Assembly: GCA_965218435.1 (NCBI GenBank)
Contig: CBDCKW010000009.1
Span: 896,001-960,000 of the forward strand
Source: Truepera sp.
Lineage (GTDB): Bacteria; Deinococcota; Deinococci; Deinococcales; Trueperaceae
Length of the DNA stretch: 64,000 bases
Direction of reading: 5' to 3'
Shown here: in pieces, positions 59,353 through 64,000 of the stretch
Numbering within the stretch: the stretch's first letter is position 1
How the letters are laid out: each line of letters opens with the position of its first letter
Translations under genes and position numbers: made by a program
The notes under the pieces: generated by a model
Database searches by the model: none
Told to the model about the DNA's origin: nothing
The model's input: the letters and a program-made list of their open reading frames with translations, nothing else

Positions 59353-61511
59353 GTGGCGCTCATTGACACGGCTTACGAAACGAAAAAGCCTTGGAGGTTT
59401 TGCACCGCTGCGTTTCGCCCCTTGGGTTCAAAGCGTCGGCACTCGCAGGTGGCTACCCACAGGTGTGGGCGAGAGACGCCCCGATTACCTCGTTAGGCGC
59501 ACTTTTAACGGGCGACGCTGAGTTAATCGCGTGCGCTAGGGCTTCACTCGAGACCCTCAGCAGCAAACAGACCGACCTCGGCATGATTCACCTGAACGTC
59601 GATACGCGAACAGGCGAGGTGACCACCGAAAATGCCGGTGCGGTTGACGCGAACTTGTGGTTTATTATCGGGCACTTCTGTTATCTGAAGGCCACGGATG
59701 ACGAAGTGTTCGTCCGCGCTCAGTGGTCCAAGCTAACCCAAGCCCTGCTCTGGTTACGGTATCAAGACATGAACGACTGCGGCCTGTTAGAAGTCCCTGA
59801 AGCGGGAGACTGGGCCGACCTCTATTCAGTTCGCTATAACGTGCTGTACGTCGCAGCCCTGCGGATGATGGCGCAGCTGGCTGAGCGGTTGGGTGAACGA
59901 AACGTGGGGTATCTCGAGCGAGCAAAAGACGTTGCGTACAAACTTAACCTACTTTTTTGGCTCGACCGGCCCTGGGATGGGCGGGTGTTTGGAGAGCAGC
60001 TCGAGCACCTCAAGGCGATGCGGCTCGAGTGGTTTTTGCTTTACCAGAACACGGCAACGCTCACTGAAATACCTTACTACCCTAATTGCCAGTAAGACTC
60101 AGTCGAGGTTGGAGAGAACGAGCGCGAGTAAAGAGGCGTTGAGCTTGATAAAGAAGCCCTGATTGGTGCGAGCTCTGAGCCGTTGCGTGCCCATACTCTC
60201 TAGCTGGCTGTTGAGGGTTTCAATGCTTTTGCGGTAACGCTGAAGCGCGAAGAACTCAGCGAGTGTATTTTGCTCTTTCATATTCTTACGACGTGACGGC
60301 ACAAGCTTAACCCCGGTGTCTGCAACACTGTTATAGGCTTTATCAGCGTAGACACGTGCGCCTTGGGGTAAGGCGTAGCACAGCTCATGAACTGGTGTGA
60401 GGTCGTATAGCAGGCCCAAGAGGGCCGGGGCACTGCCCCCTATGCTGATGACTCGCTTCTAAAAGAGCAAAGCTTACCGGGATACCTGCAGGCGTACAGA
60501 CCAGATGCAGTCGCCAGCCGAAGAATTTCTCTTTTTTAGCAGCGCAGTAGCCGCAGAACGCCTTACCCCTGACTTTTTTGCAGCGTCTAGCGCGAACCCG
60601 CTTGCACACAGGCAAAGGCACGCTATCGATGATAAACACGTCGCCTTGTGTAAACAACACAGCAAGCAAACCAAGCAACCCTTCGAACCAAGCCGCTAGA
60701 GCATGGAGTCGTCGGTTATAACGTGACACGCTTAAACGCGGCACATAACCTGAGCGGACCATGACGCACAGGGCGCGTTCCTGATGGTTCTGAAAATACT
60801 TCGCTGCCACCACCGCAACGGTCAAAACTTCCGGATCGCTAACGGTGGCAAGCGGGTGACTGTAATGCCCGAGTTCTTCCAAGGTCTCCGCAATAACGCT
60901 ATATGCAGCTATGATAAAGCTGTCGTCCATGTGCCGTGCCTCCTCAAACTCATGTCCTCAAACATCAGTTTAGGAGTCACCCACATGGATGGCAACTGGT
61001 AATTACGGTCTTACTATCTGCCGTGGGTCGGATTTCGTGAATTCGGGCATACCTTCGACGGCTTCGGGAATACCCTGGCAATTTTGACCGGTGTCGCCGA
61101 TGAAGCGAAAAGCCAACGCATCTTGGATTACGCCCACGCATCAGGCGCAGATCATCCCTATCCGTTCAAAGCGTTTTCGCCGCCTATCTACCCTGGTGAG
61201 CGCGATTGGCGTGAGTATTTTCGCAGTCGTCATCTGAACTTGCCGCATCAGTACCATAACGGCGGCAGCTGGCCCTTTTTGGGTGGCTTTTACGTCGTCG
61301 CTCTCGTCAAGCTCAGGCCGAAGCGCAGCTTCACCTCCTGGCTGAAGCCGTTCGGCAGGGCGTTCACGGTGAGTGGGAATTTAACGAGTGGCATCACGGG
61401 GTTACGGGCAGGCCGATAGGCTATCCGCTGCAAGCATGGTCAGTGGGACTCTATGTTTACGCTTACCGAGCTTTGCATCAGGGAGAAGCCACGTTTTTCA
61501 ACCTAGGATAA
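59353..61511 (+). pseudogene. (alpha/alpha)6 glycoside hydrolase (GH100/amylo-1,6-glucosidase-like), split by IS982 and frameshifted
   Basis: YPQVWARD, DANLWF, DWAD, YHNGGSWPF, EW.HG..G.P.G...Q.WS. Confidence 0.8.
60079..61009 (-). mobile_element. IS982-family IS, transposase frameshifted
   Basis: 15-bp IRs ACC(C/G)TAATT(G/A)CCAGT; 6-bp duplication CTTACT (60073-78, 61010-15); IDSVP, FFGWRLH, ADKAY, RKSIET. Confidence 0.93.
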
Positions 61512-61561
61512 GCTCATTTTCGCGTTATGGCAAAGGTGACACCGAAAAACGCACCATAGGT

Positions 61562-61930
61562 TTAGTGCTCTTCTACTGCCAAAGCGTCTCTCAGCGCGTC
61601 GCCCACGAAGTTAAGCGCAAGGACCACGAGCATAATCGTCAGACCCGGAAAAACCGAGTACCACCAGACGCTAAAGATGTAGGTCAGTCCGTCGTCTGAA
61701 GTCGTCCCCGACTCGGCCAACTCGGAGACAACTTCGGCAGTTGCCGGGTCAAAGGTCGTCAAGCCCTCGTAGATGTTATCTAAAATGCGCCTCGAGGCCA
61801 CCGTCGTGGTGCGCTAGGCGTCGAGGCTTTCGGGGTCCGAGTCAATCGGATAGTTGAGCGTTCCCTGTGCCTGAACACCGGTGACGAGGCAGCAAACGGT
61901 ACTTAGTAGTAGAACAGGTCGTTTTAACAT
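61562..61930 (-). pseudogene. Collapsed peptide-ABC operon: SBP N-terminus fused to permease C-terminus
   Basis: [29 protein letters not shown] joined to [20 protein letters not shown]. Confidence 0.8.
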
Positions 61931-62061
61931 CGTGCTCTCCTTAAAGCTGGCTTTACAGCGGTAGACCTGCACAACGCGTAATTGTGTTGTAGCACTATAT
62001 CAGTAGTAAGTGCGCACAGGCTGAGTGGATAGCCTATACCGCGCGTGCTTGACACCAGTCT

Positions 62062-63474
62062 TTACTGTTCTAAAGTCTGCCGCGCCAAAAAGCGCATTCC
62101 TAGCTGTACGCCGCGAACATCGCCCACATCATCCCAAACAACACGCCCAGCGTCATAATGAGGACCCGAGCCGACAAAAAATTCGCCGTTCGGTGCCAGC
62201 CAAACCCGCCCTGCTTCAGCTAACTCTTTACCGGAGCGAGCGAAGAGGGTCTCATCTTCTAGTCGCACGTCAAATTTGCCCCACGGCTCGAGGGAACGAT
62301 AGCGACCTGCCAAGTTTTGTTTCGCTGCTAGCGGCGCTTCGTGAGTGGGCAGCGTATAAAGCGGCGTCTCGAGCTCGAGACCAAGTACCGCATTGACGGC
62401 CGCCAACCACACCCGACTCACCGGTTTGTCTTCAAGGTTTGAGAGCACTGCAACGCCGAGGTTATGTTCAGGGACAAACCCCAGGTGGCTCGAGACACCC
62501 TTTAAGCCGCCCCCGTGCCGCACGAGCGTCACCCCGTGGTAGTTCGGCCTAATCGTTAGACCAAGGCCATAAGAAGGCTGAGGTGCGCACCAAGCGCGTG
62601 GGGTCCAGAGTTGCCGCACCTGCTCAGGTGAGATAGGTAGCTTGGAGCTGGCCGGGTTGAGCAGGAAGTTCAGGTAACGTCCGAGGTCGTGAGCTGACGC
62701 TTTCAAAAATCCTGTCGCTAAATGCGCCGGGGCCTGTTCCCACTGCGGCGAGGCGTACACTTGGTCTCGCGGGTCTTCGGCGTAAAGCGTCGTTACATTG
62801 CCTAGAGCCTCAGCAGCCGTAAGGTCAAAGGTTGAACGGGTCATCCCCAGCGGAGCTAAAATCTGCGCTTCAACAAACTGCGCGTATGGAACGCCAGAAA
62901 CTGTTTCGATCACCGCACCTAAAAGTCCGTAGACGTCGTTTTGATAGCTCATCAGCTGACCGGGTAAGGCGACCGGCGGCTCGGTCTGCGCCGCTAGAAA
63001 GGCGAGAAGGTCGGCGGTGCTTTGGAGGGTCGGAACGCCTTCAGGATAAGAGCGAAGATAACGCTCACCGGGGTCGCCCAGCTGACTAGGCCGTAATGCG
63101 TAGCTGAGACCTGGTAAAGACGGTATCCCACTTGTATGCGACGCGGCGTGTAAAAGGGTTACGTCAGCTCCGTGGTCACGGCCGAGACCGGGATAACGAA
63201 AGTTAGATAGGTAGGTTCTGAGCGGCGCTTGTAGTTTAAGTCTGCCCTCGGCCTCGAGCAGAAGAAGCGCGAGCGCCGTAAACGACTTGGTAAGTGACGC
63301 GATGCCGAAGATAGTGTCGGAGGTAGCGGCTTCCCCGGCTGCTACATCACGCAAACCGAAGCCTTGGGCGAAAACGACCTCGCCACCCTGCACGATAGTC
63401 ACTGCGCCACCTGGCATACCTTCGGTCTCGAAGAAAGTCTCAGCGTAGGTTTGAAACTGCGTTTTCCAGTGCAT
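62062..63474 (-). CDS. Serine hydrolase, beta-lactamase/AmpC-like family
   Basis: SLTK, YQN, HGGG. Confidence 0.9.
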   Translation of the reverse strand: MHWKTQFQTYAETFFETEGMPGGAVTIVQGGEVVFAQGFGLRDVAAGEAATSDTIFGIASLTKSFTALALLLLEAEGRLKLQAPLRTYLSNFRYPGLGRDHGADVTLLHAASHTSGIPSLPGLSYALRPSQLGDPGERYLRSYPEGVPTLQSTADLLAFLAAQTEPPVALPGQLMSYQNDVYGLLGAVIETVSGVPYAQFVEAQILAPLGMTRSTFDLTAAEALGNVTTLYAEDPRDQVYASPQWEQAPAHLATGFLKASAHDLGRYLNFLLNPASSKLPISPEQVRQLWTPRAWCAPQPSYGLGLTIRPNYHGVTLVRHGGGLKGVSSHLGFVPEHNLGVAVLSNLEDKPVSRVWLAAVNAVLGLELETPLYTLPTHEAPLAAKQNLAGRYRSLEPWGKFDVRLEDETLFARSGKELAEAGRVWLAPNGEFFVGSGPHYDAGRVVWDDVGDVRGVQLGMRFLARQTLEQ

Positions 63475-63731
63475 GGCAAATCCTAAATTATTTGGCCTTA
63501 TGTCTCTTCGTCCTTACAGTAATACAAAATGCTTGAGGTGACGCCCCACATACCTGGCTATCGCTATCTAAGTGGTGTAGGTAGACCGCTTGACGGCCTA
63601 CCCGCTGCCTCAAAAAATGCTTAGGTCTCGGCATAGAGAAGTCGTCGCAGTCCCTGTCTTCTCCCACCGGGTCGTAAGCGCGGGCCGGGCAGCGGCCTAC
63701 CGAACCCTGCCCGCGTTTTGGTGTGACGGTG

Positions 63732-64000
63732 CTAAGTACACGACAATTTTGCGAACGAGAGTTCTCCGAGGAGAATGTTTATTGAGTAGATAAACATCTA
63801 AGGAGAACTCAGATGAAGCATACAGGATTAGTAGAGGCGTTGTTAGCGGTAAGCTTGGGCTTGCATAAGTCGAGGTTGGAATGCTTGAGCATGTTGATGC
63901 TGGGAATGGTTGAAGCGAGTACAGTCAACCTAAAGACAGTGGTAGGAACAGTACAGAGTCAGGCTCAAGAAGATTCGGTTTACCGGCGCACGCAACGCTT
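63732..64000 (+). mobile_element. IS4-family element, left end and transposase N-terminus (ATG 63813), runs off window
   Basis: Terminal CTAAGTACACGACA; MKHT..LHKSRL..STVNL..SVYRRTQR. Confidence 0.75.

Noticed and set aside
1..64000. CRISPR array, rRNA or intact tRNA
   Set aside because: No regularly spaced repeat-spacer series or complete structural RNA gene was seen; the only tRNA-like sequence lacks its 5' half.

Overview
This window looks like Deinococcota (Trueperaceae-like) chromosome at roughly 60% GC, judged from the sigma-70, Lon and TruD sequences. Housekeeping genes (truD, an rpoD-like sigma, lon, ltaE, aroE, dinB, ada) alternate with uptake and catabolic operons: an ArgH-like lyase with a sugar-type ABC transporter, and a 13-kb peptide-ABC/amidohydrolase/peptidase operon. 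There is also a LOV-GGDEF-EAL photoreceptor. Two regions are decaying. The first (32.8-38.3 kb) is a mobile-element fragment nested among IS200, IS21 and ISAs1 pieces. The second (from ~52.5 kb) starts at a tRNA-Pro 3' remnant and contains pseudogenes, IS982 and IS4. The main unexplained signals are: (1) a tandemly duplicated module of wHTH gene, unannotated 35/44-aa membrane peptide and variable membrane-anchored cargo, behind duplicated hairpins; (2) the same ~25-bp twin-hairpin core inserted into two unrelated transposases; (3) a ~220-nt structured ncRNA candidate behind a perfect -10 box; (4) a 201-bp MITE; (5) strong CTCGAG over-representation. All family assignments come from motif recognition by eye; no database searches were run.
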